A DNA stretch of 64,000 bases, from positions 1 to 64,000 of the forward strand of contig NIVC01001424.1 of the NCBI GenBank assembly GCA_002269645.1. The letters are read 5' to 3'. Positions 10,891-22,829 of this stretch are shown here, in pieces (positions within the stretch are counted from its first letter, which is position 1; each line of letters opens with the position of its first letter). The notes beneath the pieces were generated by a model that was given only the letters and a program-made list of their open reading frames with translations, was not told where the DNA came from and searched no databases. Position numbers and translations under genes: made by a program. Source of the DNA: Macrostomum lignano. Taxonomy: Eukaryota.

Positions 10891-12255
10891 GCCTTAGACA
10901 GCAAATCTGAGAGCTAAGAGTATAAACATTGATATAACCGCAATGTGACGCAGTCCAGTGTCCTTCAGGCCTTAGACAGCAAATCTGAGAGCTAAGAGTA
11001 TAAACATTGATATAACCGCAATGTGACGCAGTCCAGTGTCCTTCAGGCCATAGACAGCAAATCTGAGAGCTAAGAGTATAAACATTGATATAACCGCAAT
11101 GTGACGCAGTCCAGTGTCCTTCAGGCCATAGACAGCAAATCTGAGAGCTAAGAGTATAAACATTGATATAACCGCAATGTGACGCAGTCCAGTGTCCTTC
11201 AGGCCATAGACAGCAAATCTGAGAGCTAAGAGTATAAACATTGATATAACCGCAATGTGACGCAGTCCAGTGTCCTTCAGGCCTTAGACAGCAAATCTGA
11301 GAGCTAAGAGTATAAACATTGATATAACCGCAATGTGACGCAGTCCAGTGTCCTTCAGGCCATAGACAGCAAATCTGAGAGCTAAGAGTATAAACATTGA
11401 TATAACCGCAATGTGACGCAGTCCAGTGTCCTTCAGGCCTTAGACAGCAAATCTGAGAGCTAAGAGTATAAACATTGATATAACCGCAATGTGACGCAGT
11501 CCAGTGTCCTTCAGGCCATAGACAGCAAATCTGAGAGCTAAGAGTATAAACATTGATATAACCGCAATGTGACGCAGTCCAGTGTCCTTCAGGCCATAGA
11601 CAGCAAATCTGAGAGCTAAGAGTATAAACATTGATATAACCGCAATGTGACGCAGTCCAGTGTCCTTCAGGCCATAGACAGCAAATCTGAGAGCTAAGAG
11701 TATAAACATTGATATAACCGCAATGTGACGCAGTCCAGTGTCCTTCAGGCCATAGACAGCAAATCTGAGAGCTAAGAGTATAAACATTGATATAACCGCA
11801 ATGTGACGCAGTCCAGTGTCCTTCAGGCCTTAGACAGCAAATCTGAGAGCTAAGAGTATAAACATTGATATAACCGCAATGTGACGCAGTCCAGTGTCCT
11901 TCAGGCCATAGACAGCAAATCTGAGAGCTAAGAGTATAAACATTGATATAACCGCAATGTGACGCAGTCCAGTGTCCTTCAGGCCTTAGACAGCAAATCT
12001 GAGAGCTAAGAGTATAAACATTGATATAACCGCAATGTGACGCAGTCCAGTGTCCTTCAGGCCATAGACAGCAAATCTGAGAGCTAAGAGTATAAACATT
12101 GATATAACCGCAATGTGACGCAGTCCAGTGTCCTTCAGGCCATAGACAGCAAATCTGAGAGCTAAGAGTATAAACATTGATATAACCGCAATGTGACGCA
12201 GTCCAGTGTCCTTCAGGCCATAGACAGCAAATCTGAGAGCTAAGAGTATAAACAT
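10891..12255. repeat. 78-bp tandem satellite, ~17.5 near-identical copies
   Basis: Unit GCCATAGACAGCAAATCTGAGAGCTAAGAGTATAAACATTGATATAACCGCAATGTGACGCAGTCCAGTGTCCTTCAG. The only recurrent variant is CCATA/CCTTA. Confidence 0.97.
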
Positions 12256-12886
12256 GATATGCGACGCAGTCCAGTGTCGATGGGAATCACAGTTTTTAAT
12301 TTATTGGAAAATTTCATGGCCAGTCCAGAAAATCAACCAGTTAAAAAACGTGAATAAAAAAGTTAAAACGCCGTCAATTCCGAATCAGCAACTTGCAGCC
12401 AGAAATTAATCATGGAAACAGGGAGTCAGAGTAAAGTCAAAGTTTATTCGAGTTTCAAGAGACTCATATTCTGCCTCTTCACAGCACTTTTGACCGATTT
12501 GACAGCTTAACATATGGAGGCTGAAAATTTCCAAGTTTGGAAAGCAAACTTGCTGATTCCACGTTGAATTGAAATTGCCAGAAACTATGGTACGACGTAA
12601 GTCTAATAAATTTGCTGTTTGAGATTGGGGTTAGTTTAATATGGTACGATATGACATAGGTCCCCTTCTGTCTGAGGAACAGTGAATCTGCATCAAGGAC
12701 CACTGTCAGTAGAACATTCAGCTTCATCTGAATAGATAGGTCCAAAAATCATCTTAACACCTCTAAGATATTTTACTAAATTGATTGAAGCCTTTAAAAT
12801 ATTTTGGGTGCAATGGTAACCTTGTTTTAGCATTAGTTTCAGCCTGAATTCGGCTCCAATTTCGAATCAACGTCTTTTCCAGAGAC

Positions 12887-14071
12887 TCAGCCACGCAGAA
12901 AGTACACTCCGATGGTGCTGTTAAAGCTGGCAGGCGGGTAGGCGAACCTCAGCAAGTAGCAGAGACGCTGCTGGGCAGCGAAGATCAAGGCTGGACAGGC
13001 CTCGCACAGGGACAGGCACTCGAATACTGTCTCGGCAGTTCTGATCCAGTGCGTTGGTTTCGTGGATTCGACAGTCAAAGTAGGCAGGCTCTGCTTAGTG
13101 AAGAGGTTTTTCTCTGGAATAATAATGCGCGTCGCTTGTATGTTGAGGTCGTTTCAGACATTTCTTTTTCAACAGCTAGTGTACTCAGCTTACTATAATG
13201 CATGCTTTTTAGTTTAGCTTAGTTCCCATTCCCAGTAAGTCAGCGCCCCCCCCCCTGCAGATACCAGATTCGCAATGGAAATACAAAGGCTGAAGTTGAG
13301 TCTGCACTGTGCAAACTCTGCCACCAGCAACTGAAGGAGGGGGAATTCAGTTTGCGTTTTCACTACAAAATAACTTACATGACCTTTATTTAACCTTTTA
13401 TCCAGAAGAAAAAAATTGATCATCGAACAGAGAAAATACGAGTACATTGTTAATTTTTCAATTTTCAAAAATAATGCATTGTTAACGATAGGCGACAAAG
13501 TGACTACCTAAACTCTAACAAAACTGTACCATTAACCAAACACAAAACCTAACCTAAAACCTAACCTAAACCCTATCCCAAACCCTTATCTAAACCCTAA
13601 CCTAAACCGCCAGCAGTCAAAAGCCTGAATCCCCAGTAAAGCAACTTCGCTCACCCGGGTAGGTCAGTGCGTACACCGAACTGCGCCAGGAGGCTCCGCA
13701 CATTCGACCTGGGTTGCCGCGGCAGGGAGTGTTGCAGTCGGTCTCGATGGCCGGTCCCAGCGATCCATAAGAGGGGCCGCACATGCACTGCGACCCAGTC
13801 TGCACTCCCAGGTAGGGAAATCCACCGAGCGAGCAGACTTCGGCGCAGTACTCAGGCGTCATCAGGGAGCCGCTGCTCACCAACAGACTAAAAACGGTGG
13901 TGAAGGTTCCAATTCTGGTGACTCCAATTGGATGCCAGTGAGGTCTCTTTTCGAGCCATCCTTAAAGCAGCCAAGGTACGACAGTCGGACCGCTCTGGAG
14001 TCCGCACAGGATGTCAGCAGAGCAGTGCTCAGTGCCAGAGCCACAAGAGTAACCAATTTGGACTGTTGCAT
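12887..14071 (-). pseudogene. WSC-PAN gene E with one frameshift (exons 14071-13655, 13113-12887)
   Basis: Signal peptide and YLGCFKD..RDL. A net +2 frameshift near 13925-13932 interrupts RDLTGI-x-GVTRIGTF; the WSC continues to YALTYPG. GT-AG intron, then a PAN exon with a 3-aa deletion (CEACPALIF). Confidence 0.75.
13540..13607. repeat. Degenerate telomere-like (CCCTAA/CCTAA) tract inside the gene E intron
   Basis: aaaacctaacctaaaacctaacctaaaccctatcccaaacccttatctaaaccctaacctaaacc. Confidence 0.6.
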
Positions 14072-14289
14072 TGCTCCGCAAATAACTCTTTCGAACTCAA
14101 CTTCTACGAATGCAACGGAATAGCTCGTATTGAGAAACTTTCTTCCTATCTTTTCTCGTGAGAAGTTATGCTCTCTAATTGTGTATGGCGCAAGGCTCAG
14201 TTTTACCTAAACAGCCTCTCTGAGGGCTTCTTCCTCAAACAGGAAAATAGTAAAAAACCTTGGCTTTTGTCAATATTCTTCACACCACA

Positions 14290-15757
14290 TTGGAGCAGCT
14301 GTGAGTCTCCTGAACTCTCCCAAGGCATTGTTTGAGTTTTCAGGTGTTTGCAGGTGTTAGGATTAAATGAAATCGTTTTTACATAGCGACAGTCGAAAGC
14401 TGGTAAGACTCTCCCATGCTGACCCCGGAATTGTTAGCTGAACGCTGCATCTAAGTTTTCATGCCGATTAAGAAAGTTTTTGACAATTTCCCTGGAAATT
14501 TTTGAGACAAAAATATGCTAGTGGGAAGTCTGAGTCATTTGACCATGCAGCTGACTTTTCTGAGACCCCTTGTAGGCATTACTTAAGAGATGTAAAATCA
14601 CATCGGGCTACTCATGAAAAGGTTATCTGTAAAATGGACAGTTCTTTTCTTGACTTAAATTTCGTATCTATCTCTAACAACCCACGTGTGAAGCAGTGGA
14701 AATTTGTCTATGGGCATTTGTCTATGGGCATTTGTCTATGGGCATTTGTCAATGGGCATTTGTCAAAGGGCATTTGTCTATGGGCATTTGTCTATGGGCA
14801 TTTGTCAATGGGCATTTGTCTATGGGCATTTGTCAATGGGCATTTGTCAATGGGCATTTGTCAAAGGGCATTTGTCTATGGGCATTTGTCAATGGGCATT
14901 TGTCTATGGGCATTTGTCTATGGCTATTTATCTATGGTTGATGTTCACGTGATTCTGGCTTCCCTTAGGCCGCCTACCAAAACTGAGTACAATGCTATTC
15001 TAAACTTTTAAAATATATTTTAATTTATCACTACAATTTACACCATCTATAGTAGTTCAAATGGGAAATAGTGTTCTAAAATGATTTTTTTAGCTAATTG
15101 AGTAAAATAGGTAAGTCAATAGGAGTGATATTTTTCGTGCAGTTGCAACGTAATTCTCTATTTTCTAATCCCTAATTATAAGAGATTCACGTATGCCCTG
15201 CCAGCAGACGTCTTTCTAAATGTGCTGTCATCTCAGCCCCTGGGGCAGAGTAGGTCTGACTCCAGCGCAGCGAGCTCTGGGTTCGATTCTTTCGATTCTG
15301 CAAAATCTTTAGAAGTCTGCTTACTGTTGATTCCTCTCCAGAAACTAGTTGACAGCCGAAAACTTGGAAGCAAGAAACAAGTTAAAGCAATTCTATTAGT
15401 ACAAAGTCAAGTATCCATGGTATTGGTTTATAGTTAAAAAAATGTTCAATCTAGCATTGCAATAACTGTGCTGGATTGCTTCGTATTGAGAGCTGATTGA
15501 GTAGAAAATTGATTACCCAGCTGACCTTTGAATTACAGGAGAGTACGATTCAAGGAGCGAAAATTCCAAGTCTTTCCTTCGTCAGGCTGAACGAAAAGCA
15601 ACCACTGAGCCAGGGACCAACACCGTAATGAACTGGCATAGAGACCTTCACTTGCACCAGAAAGCAGTCCTTCATGCACATGGTAAATTACTCACAGTTT
15701 CACTTTTGAAAATCCAAAACATAGCTGGGCACAAAAAACTGCAGCTGGAAAGTCTAC
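14290..15757 (+). mobile_element. Unclassified dispersed element, copy 1 (copy 2 at 42539-43875), with an internal 14-bp array
   Basis: Colinear similarity from TTGGAGCAGCTG...CTCCTGAACTCTCCCAAGGC to CAGCTGGAAAGTC. (GGGCATTTGTCTAT)n at ~14703-14937 and a B-box-like GGGTTCGATTC near 15279. Confidence 0.7.
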
Positions 15758-15879
15758 CGCCCACTAGACTTACTTGACTTAGCTAAAGGGGCCTCCGTGC
15801 ATCCGGATGCAGCGAGGAGGCGTTGCCGGTGGTGCCGGTGTCCGCAGCGCGGTCCCCCTCCGAAGAGTCCAGGAGGTGG

Positions 15880-16230
15880 ATGGTCGCTCGCCCGGTAGCC
15901 CTTAGGTAGCGTCGGAGAGGTCCGGGTTTGGGCCGAGATAGGTGAGCCTGTCCTGGTGAAGGCGGGGCATTCTCGACACCAGAGAGGCAGAAAGGGCATT
16001 CCTCGCTACTGATTTTTCCCTGGAGGTAACGATGCCTGGCAAGCAGCCATGACCTGAGACCACCCTGATGTCACCGCCCTGATGTCCCTGCGGTTGAGTC
16101 CAAGCAGGGCCCTGCACAGGGCGGAGGAATTAAGGACAGGGGACAGCCGCGCGGGATTGCCTGCAGTCGGAGGCATTAGCCCACCTCTCCCTGTGCTTTG
16201 AAGCCATCCACTGGCTGATCCGAGTCCACC
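15880..16230 (-). mobile_element. Degenerate LINE 3' fragment (I/Loa-like CCHC zinc-knuckle region)
   Basis: Across frames it reads LLGLNRRDIRAVT..VSGHGCL...SSEECPFCL...CRECPAFTR.RLTYLGPNPDL, matching the GH...CxxC...C-P C-terminus of RNase H-bearing LINEs. Confidence 0.6.
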
Positions 16231-16313
16231 GCCCACTGGTTATTTAACAAATTCTCAAATTCCTTCAAAATTTTAGGCTTAGATACTCCAAAGTTTAATG
16301 CTTGACAGCGAGC

Positions 16314-16504
16314 TCAGCCGCGCACAAAGTAGTCTCCATCGATGCTGCTCAGACTGGCAGGCGGGTAGGCGAACCTCAGCAGGTGGCACAGGCGCTGCTG
16401 GCCAGAGAAAATCACAGCCTGGCAGTCAGCTGAGGCCTCGCACAGCATCAAGCACTCGGCCTTGATTTTGGCAGCGCTGGTCCAGTAGGTGCTCTGGGTG
16501 GACT
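16314..16504 (-). pseudogene. Orphan truncated PAN exon, inverted relative to gene C
   Basis: ESTQSTYWTSAAKIKAECLMLCEASADCQAVIF...YFVRG*, near-identical to exon 2 of C/C'. Homology breaks abruptly at 16504 and there is no WSC exon. Confidence 0.85.
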
Positions 16505-16802
16505 CTAACTTTATTATAACATTGTTCACTCTAAAAATGCACGAAATTTAGGAGCTAAGCGCAATTTAAAGATGGCATGCAACTGTAAATCAACTGACCT
16601 GCACTTTAGGGTTGGGGTCAGGGATAACTGACCCCGTTAGGTTTTATGTGGGTTGTCAATCTAGTCTACTCACCGATGGTCTCGATAACTTTATGAAATT
16701 ATTTTAATAATGTATTTTTAATGCTAGATAGGTTACTATGAGCAGTACCCTGAGCACATTACGAAATATCTGATTACGCAAAAATCTTTCCTAAAAAACG
16801 AC

Positions 16803-16810
16803 TATAAAAG
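16803..16810 (+). promoter_or_regulatory. TATA box of WSC gene C
   Basis: TATAAAAG 55 nt upstream of the ATG at 16858; conserved in the paralog at 50862. Confidence 0.6.
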
Positions 16811-16857
16811 CCCTAGGAGGAAACACTTCCTAGCAGCTCCCTTCCGCCAAGCCCAAA

Positions 16858-17590
16858 ATGCTCAAGACGATTTCATATTTTACAAACTTTGCTGTTCTGG
16901 TTGTTAGCATTTCTGGCAGGGCAACTCAAGTGTCCTACATTGGCTGCTATGTGGACAATGAGACCAGAGATCTGAGAGGACTCACTGGAGTGAGCAGAAT
17001 CGGTCAGTTCAGCATCGGCAGCCTCATGCTGAGCAGCCTTAACATGACACACGAGCTCTGCAGCAGCGTCTGCTCTCTGGGCGGCTTCCCGTACTTCAGT
17101 GTGCAGGCCAATTATCATTGTTTCTGCGGCAGCTCCTACGGGTCTCTCGGAACTGCAAACGAGACCGACTGCAACGGCGTCTGCGGTGGAAACGGAGCTC
17201 AAATGTGCGGAGCCTCGTGGCGAAACTCAGTCTTCGCCCTAACCTACCCGGGTGAGTGAGCTCAGTGTGAGCAGTTCTGATTTTACCTCTATGTTTTCAG
17301 CGTCTTTAAGTAGAATTTATGATCAACTCTAACAGAAATTTTCTACACTTTCAGGCAAAAAGTATTTTGAGCAGACGCAGATGCCCAACCAGACGGTGGA
17401 GTCCACCCAGAGCACCTACTGGACCAGCGCTGCCAAAATCAAGGCCGAGTGCTTGATGATGTGCGAGGCCTCAGCTGCCTGCCAGGCTGTGATTTTCTCT
17501 GGCCAGCAGCACCTGTGCCACCTGCTGAGGTTCGCCTACCCGCCTGCCAGTCTGAGCAGCACCGATGGAGACTACTTCGTGCGAGGCTGA
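16858..17590 (+). CDS. WSC-PAN secreted protein C, intact (exons 16858-17251, 17355-17590; 209 aa)
   Basis: Signal peptide and WSC exon. The phase-1 intron GTGAGT...TTTCAG joins in frame to the PAN exon; no stops. Confidence 0.92.
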
Positions 17591-18176
17591 GCTCACAGTC
17601 AAGCATTTAGCGTTGGAGTAACTCAGCCTAGCTTCTAGACGATACGCTCGTACAGAACATTTGGAACGGATTTAAAAATTTTAGTTTTAGGCACAGCCAT
17701 ATGTAAAAGACTTAATGGGGAGTTTTTAGAAAAAAATGTAACAATTAACTTGCTAACTTGCTAACTCCAGATTCGGTGTTAAGCGACGCGAAAGAATTAA
17801 GGAGGAAATACACTGTGCATGACATGCTTGAAGCAGCTACCGCAAGCAATGGGCTCGTACTCTTGAAAATCTGCATCTTTTTACTGCCTTAGATAGAATA
17901 GTTAAACAAAGGCATCCTGGAATCCTTTGGGCATCCTTACCCACCTCCTAACTAGCTGGCTGAGTCTTCTCCTAAAAGCTATTGTGCTTGCCTACCTTTG
18001 GAAAGTTAGAAGTAATTAATTATTAATCTGTGAGTTTCTCGACAACGCGGAGCTGCAAAGCTATTCGGGGGCCTTACTGTTGATTAGCAACTGAGTGGGG
18101 AGAGTTAGGAAGAGAGAGTTTTCCAGCTTTCTTTTGCTAATTATTGGACACCTGACGTACTCCTTGTTTTTTTGAA

Positions 18177-18543
<367 letters not shown>

Positions 18544-18723
18544 GTTTATGCTAAACTGAATGCTTTCTTTATAACAGTACACGCTATTCCCCACAAACTG
18601 CAGTATGGTATTTCTTCACAAAAACTCTTTTCTAGCTACTACTCAGTAGACGGTCTCTCATATTCTTAACATTTCTTCTTAGACAAAAGAGCAGCAGACG
18701 TGTAGGATTCATAGTACACAGGC

Positions 18724-19122
18724 CAAGCGTTTCCAAAAGTGTCTCAAGGTTAACAGAACGTTGATGAAAGGATTTTCCATCTTAGACAATTAGTATTCCC
18801 GGCCCAAGAGAAAACCAAGGCAGTACACTGATATGAGCTACATGTATATTTACAAAGGTTTTTCAAACTGAGACTTAAACTCTTATGTAGTTACTGAGTA
18901 GATCGAGGCACATACCTATCACAACCCCAAGGTAAAAGAAACCAAGTCTTCAACCAGGTTCGCAGAGGAGTAGTTATCTCGGACGAAGATGGCTGGGTAT
19001 CTCGGACAAAGGCGCGAAGGTCACGGATGTTGTCCGGGTCGGTCAGCTCGTCTATCCACTGGGGGTGGCCGAGGTATTTGTGCACCGCCTTTAAAAAGAA
19101 AACCTGTGCTTCCTGGACCTTG
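18724..19122 (-). mobile_element. Insertion absent from the paralogous block, containing a LINE C-terminal fragment
   Basis: The paralog at ~54660 joins ACACAGGC directly to AGGGTTGTAC. The insert encodes [29 protein letters not shown], resembling the extreme C-terminus of LINE ORF2. Confidence 0.55.
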
Positions 19123-19281
19123 GAGGGCTGTACTCTGAGCTCGGAGTGAAAGACGGCTCTGATTGGTCTAAGAGCGAAGCGCCATCTCGCAAATTTCGCA
19201 CTTAAAAGTCTGCTCGCTCTTGTCTGACTGGAGATTCAGAACTGCCGAATTCGTGTTCCAAGTTCCTTTTCGAGCAGAGAA

Positions 19282-20034
19282 ACGTTCCGCCCAGAAGCGG
19301 CTGTGTCCGTTCTGTTCTGCGCTGCCCTCCTGCTGACTTGCGCCACCTGCAGACATGTCCACTTCTCCTACCTGGGCTGCTACAAAGACCATTCGTCCGC
19401 CAGAGACCTGAACGGGCTCAGTGCAGTCAGCAAGATCGGTGGGTTCAGTGTCCATCACCCTTCTGGTGGTGTCTTTTCGAGCATGATGTCGCACGAGTTG
19501 TGCAGCAGCATCTGCTCGATCGGCAGCTTCCCGTACTTCGGGGTGCAGTACGGGGCTGAGTGCTACTGCGGCAACTCGTACGGATCCCATGGCCTGGTGA
19601 GCGACGCCAACTGCAGTATGGATTGTCCCGGTAACGCGATGCAGAAATGTGGCGACTCCAACAGAAACTCCGTGTTCGCCCTGAGCTACACAGGTACTAT
19701 TATGGTTTCTACTAAAAGCTCAGTATACCATCGCCAGAATGACACCATGCTGAGACGATAATTTAAGAGGCTTCATTTTCGTTGAATTTCAGTTTCGGAC
19801 AACAACACCTACACTGTGGTGAAGCAGTCCAGCCCTCCCGTGACATCCGGTACCACTTCCGTCTGGCCTGTCGCTGCCCAGTCCGTCGAGGACTGCCTGC
19901 TCTAGTGCAGCGCCAGAGCCGACTGCCGGGCCGCCGTTTTCTCCCGACAGGAGCTCGCCTGCCACCTGCTGGAGTTCGTGTACCCGCCAGGCCACCTGAG
20001 CGGGCCCGAGTGGACTCTGTTCGTGCGTGGCTGA
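19282..20034 (+). pseudogene. WSC-PAN gene D, disrupted (exons 19282-19693, 19793-20034)
   Basis: Start codon is ACG where paralog D' has ATG. In-frame TAG at 19903-19905 (CGG in D') in the PAN exon. Confidence 0.85.
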
Positions 20035-20714
20035 GCTCGAGCGGTGCTGTGACCGACTGGCTCAGTTGTTGAGCTGAGCATGGACTCAAAGCAAACTTTA
20101 ACGACCAGTTTTTGATGCGTAATCCTACAGATTTGATCCAAGCAAAAATAAAAGGCTTAATAACATTAGTGACGCAACTGGCATGACTAAATTCGGTTTA
20201 TTCTGTTCTGTTCGTGCTTTTAGCCCTACCGGTAAAGCATTTTTTGTCAGTCAATGTCAGCGATTTCGATACGCTCTGAAAAATAGTTGCACGTGTGCAA
20301 CTGACTATCTTTTACTAACTCATCCTGTGATCAACCGAAAGTTGCAGAACATGTGAACTGAGCATCCACCAAGTGCTTGAATGGCTTTCGTTAATGGGGC
20401 GTTAGGAAGGAATGTGTATGCGAAGTTTTATTTGGTCCATTAATATTTCAAAGTCTAATGATGAATTATTTTAATAAAATTCAGACATTCTTCCACCAAA
20501 CAGGGAACATAGCAACTCAGAGGCCGAGGACGAACAAAGAATGAACAGAATTATTAAAGCTTTTACACGAAGTGCTCGAAGTACTGCTTTAGCAGATGAT
20601 GCATTTCACCTGGGAGACTCCTTGCTACGAGTGTACCTGAATTATGCTTCAGTCACAGTGGACTACATAAATTTGCCACATATACTCTCTTAATTCAATT
20701 AATATTGGTACGGG

Positions 20715-20845
20715 CCACCAGTTTTACCATCTGGGTAAACTAGAGCAATGCGGAGTTTTGTGCCTTGATGTTTAATAAGAACACAAATTGTTCCGATGGG
20801 GTCGAGAATCGAACCCCCGAACTTTCAGTTGTGTGTCGTGAGCAC
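20715..20845 (-). mobile_element. Second copy of the tRNA/CORE-like SINE
   Basis: The reverse complement contains GGGGGTTCGATTCTCGACCCCATCGGAACAATTTGTGT...GCATTGCTCTAGTTTACCCAG, matching 4078-4160. Confidence 0.65.
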
Positions 20846-21140
20846 AGTTTAAATTCATAAATACATAAGTCTGGTAAAGGATACACATATAAACTTGATC
20901 TCCACAATGTATTATTCTCAGTGCTACAGTATAACAGTAAGAGAAAATGCGGTAGAGAAATAACTGAATAACCAGGTACCAGCTGCCACTAATTTGCAAC
21001 AGCATTTCCTCTGACGCTGCTTCATTGGTTTTGGTTGAAACAAAACTATACTTTTTGTATTCATCTGTTTGTCATCGAAACACAATGCGGTTTTTCTGCG
21101 ACTGTGGCTACCCACTGAGTCCCGAGCTTCTAAGGAAGTA

Positions 21141-21146
21141 GCTAGG
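21141..21146. other. Left 6-bp target-site duplication GCTAGG
   Basis: Identical to 38505-38510. Confidence 0.95.
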
Positions 21147-22600
21147 AGTAGTATGAGTTTATGCAACTCTGCCGCACTTGCACTGCGGAGATAGGCGGTA
21201 ATGTAAAAGGATAGGAGGGCGTAAAAGAGCCAGCTGAGATAGCCAATGGAAATAAGGGCGTGGGGTGGGTGTGATTGGCTGGGTGGTGAAACGCTTATGC
21301 AACTCTGCCGCACTGGGGGAGGCAGGTAGCAAAGCAAAGCATCGGAAGGTTTTGGAATAGCAGAGTAAACAAATTAAAAACAAGGTAGGCATGGCGTGGA
21401 AACGTCCACCTCAATTTGTGCCTGGCTCGGCAACTCCTCAGCGTCCCCCACTGTGTTTATCCTATAGAATGTCTATGCACTATTTGTCAGTGCGGAGTGA
21501 AATAGATAAGAGAGAGGCTCTGGTCTTCTTGAGTGTCTGGCTCTGGCGATTCTAATAAATGGGCAATAAACTTTGTAACGGGTGCGGGGCTTGAGTGGAA
21601 AGGGTAGGGTTGGAAGTGGAGGTGAGGTTGGTGGGCTCTAAAACAGTTGTTCAACTCTGCCGCACTTTCACTGTGCAGGGACAGAGAGGTGAGCTCTAAA
21701 AAACAGTTGTTCAACTCTGCCGCACTTTCACTGTGCAGGGACAGAGAGGTGAGCTCTAAAACAGTTGTTCAACTCTGCCGCACTTTCACTGTGCAGGGAC
21801 AGAGAGGTGAGCTCTAAAAAACAGTTGTTCAACTCTGCCGCACTTTCACTGTGCAGGGACAGAGAGGTGAGCTCTAAAAAACAGTTGTTCAACTCTGCCG
21901 CACTTTCACTGTGCAGGTGAGCTCTAAAACAGTTGTTCAACTCTGCCGCACTTTCACTGTGCAGGGACAGAGAGGTGAGCTCTAAAACAGTTGTTCAACT
22001 CTGCCGCACTTTCACTGTGCAGGGACAGAGAGGTGAGCTCTAAAACAGTTGTTCAACTCTGCCGCACTTTCACTGTGCAGGGACAGAGAGGTGAGCTCTA
22101 AAACAGTTGTTCAACTCTGCCGCACTTTCACTGTGCAGGGACAGAGAGGTGAGCTCTAAAAAACAGTTGTTCAACTCTGCCGCACTTTCACTGTGCAGGG
22201 ACAGAGAGGTGAGCTCTAAAAAACAGTTGTTCAACTCTGCCGCACTTTCACTGTGCAGGTGAGCTCTAAAACAGTTGTTCAACTCTGCCGCACTTTCACT
22301 GTGCAGGGACAGAGAGGTGAGCTCTAAAACAGTTGTTCAACTCTGCCGCACTTTCACTGTGCAGGGACAGAGAGGTGAGCTCTAAAACAGTTGTTCAACT
22401 CTGCCGCACTTTCACTGTGCAGGGACAGAGAGGTGAGCTCTAAAACAGTTGTTCAACTCTGCCGCACTTTCACTGTGCAGGGACAGAGAGGTGAGTTCTA
22501 AAACAGTTGTTCAACTCTGCCGCACTTTCACTGTGCAGGGACAGAGAGGTGAGCTCTAAAAAACAGTTGTTCAACTCTGCCGCACTTTCACTGTGCAGGG
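21147..22600 (+). repeat. Left TIR including a 58-bp tandem array (~21637-22600)
   Basis: Inverted match to 37545-38504. Unit GAGCTCTAAAACAGTTGTTCAACTCTGCCGCACTTTCACTGTGCAGGGACAGAGAGGT, with 60- and 47-bp variants. Confidence 0.92.
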
Positions 22601-22829
22601 CGGAGGGCTAGGGTTTGAAGTGGAGGTGAGGTTGGTGGTTTGGGGGGGGGGTAGGGATTGGATGGCAGACAGAGCCATACTGTCTGTGCATATATATTTG
22701 GGGTAATTGTACATGGTGTACACAGGCAAACAGTCTCTGTTTTTTAGAGAGAAGATATATATACGCGCCTAAAAATTCGAAAGAAGCAAGAACGGAATTT
22801 GCGATTGATTTTAATCTCCAAAAAATATA

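Noticed and set aside
10972-12255. ORFs MFILLALRFAVYGLKDTGLRHIAVIS x n
   Set aside because: Translation of a 78-bp satellite, interrupted wherever the SNP creates a stop; no promoter or unique coding context.
14502-15011. Cys/Trp/His-rich repeat ORFs (GICLWAFVYGHLSM)
   Set aside because: Translation of the 14-bp array in a dispersed element; frames shift with each unit.
21637-22600. Regular 58-bp repeats resembling a CRISPR array
   Set aside because: Units are contiguous with no unique spacers, they lie in Polinton TIRs, the context is eukaryotic and there are no cas genes.
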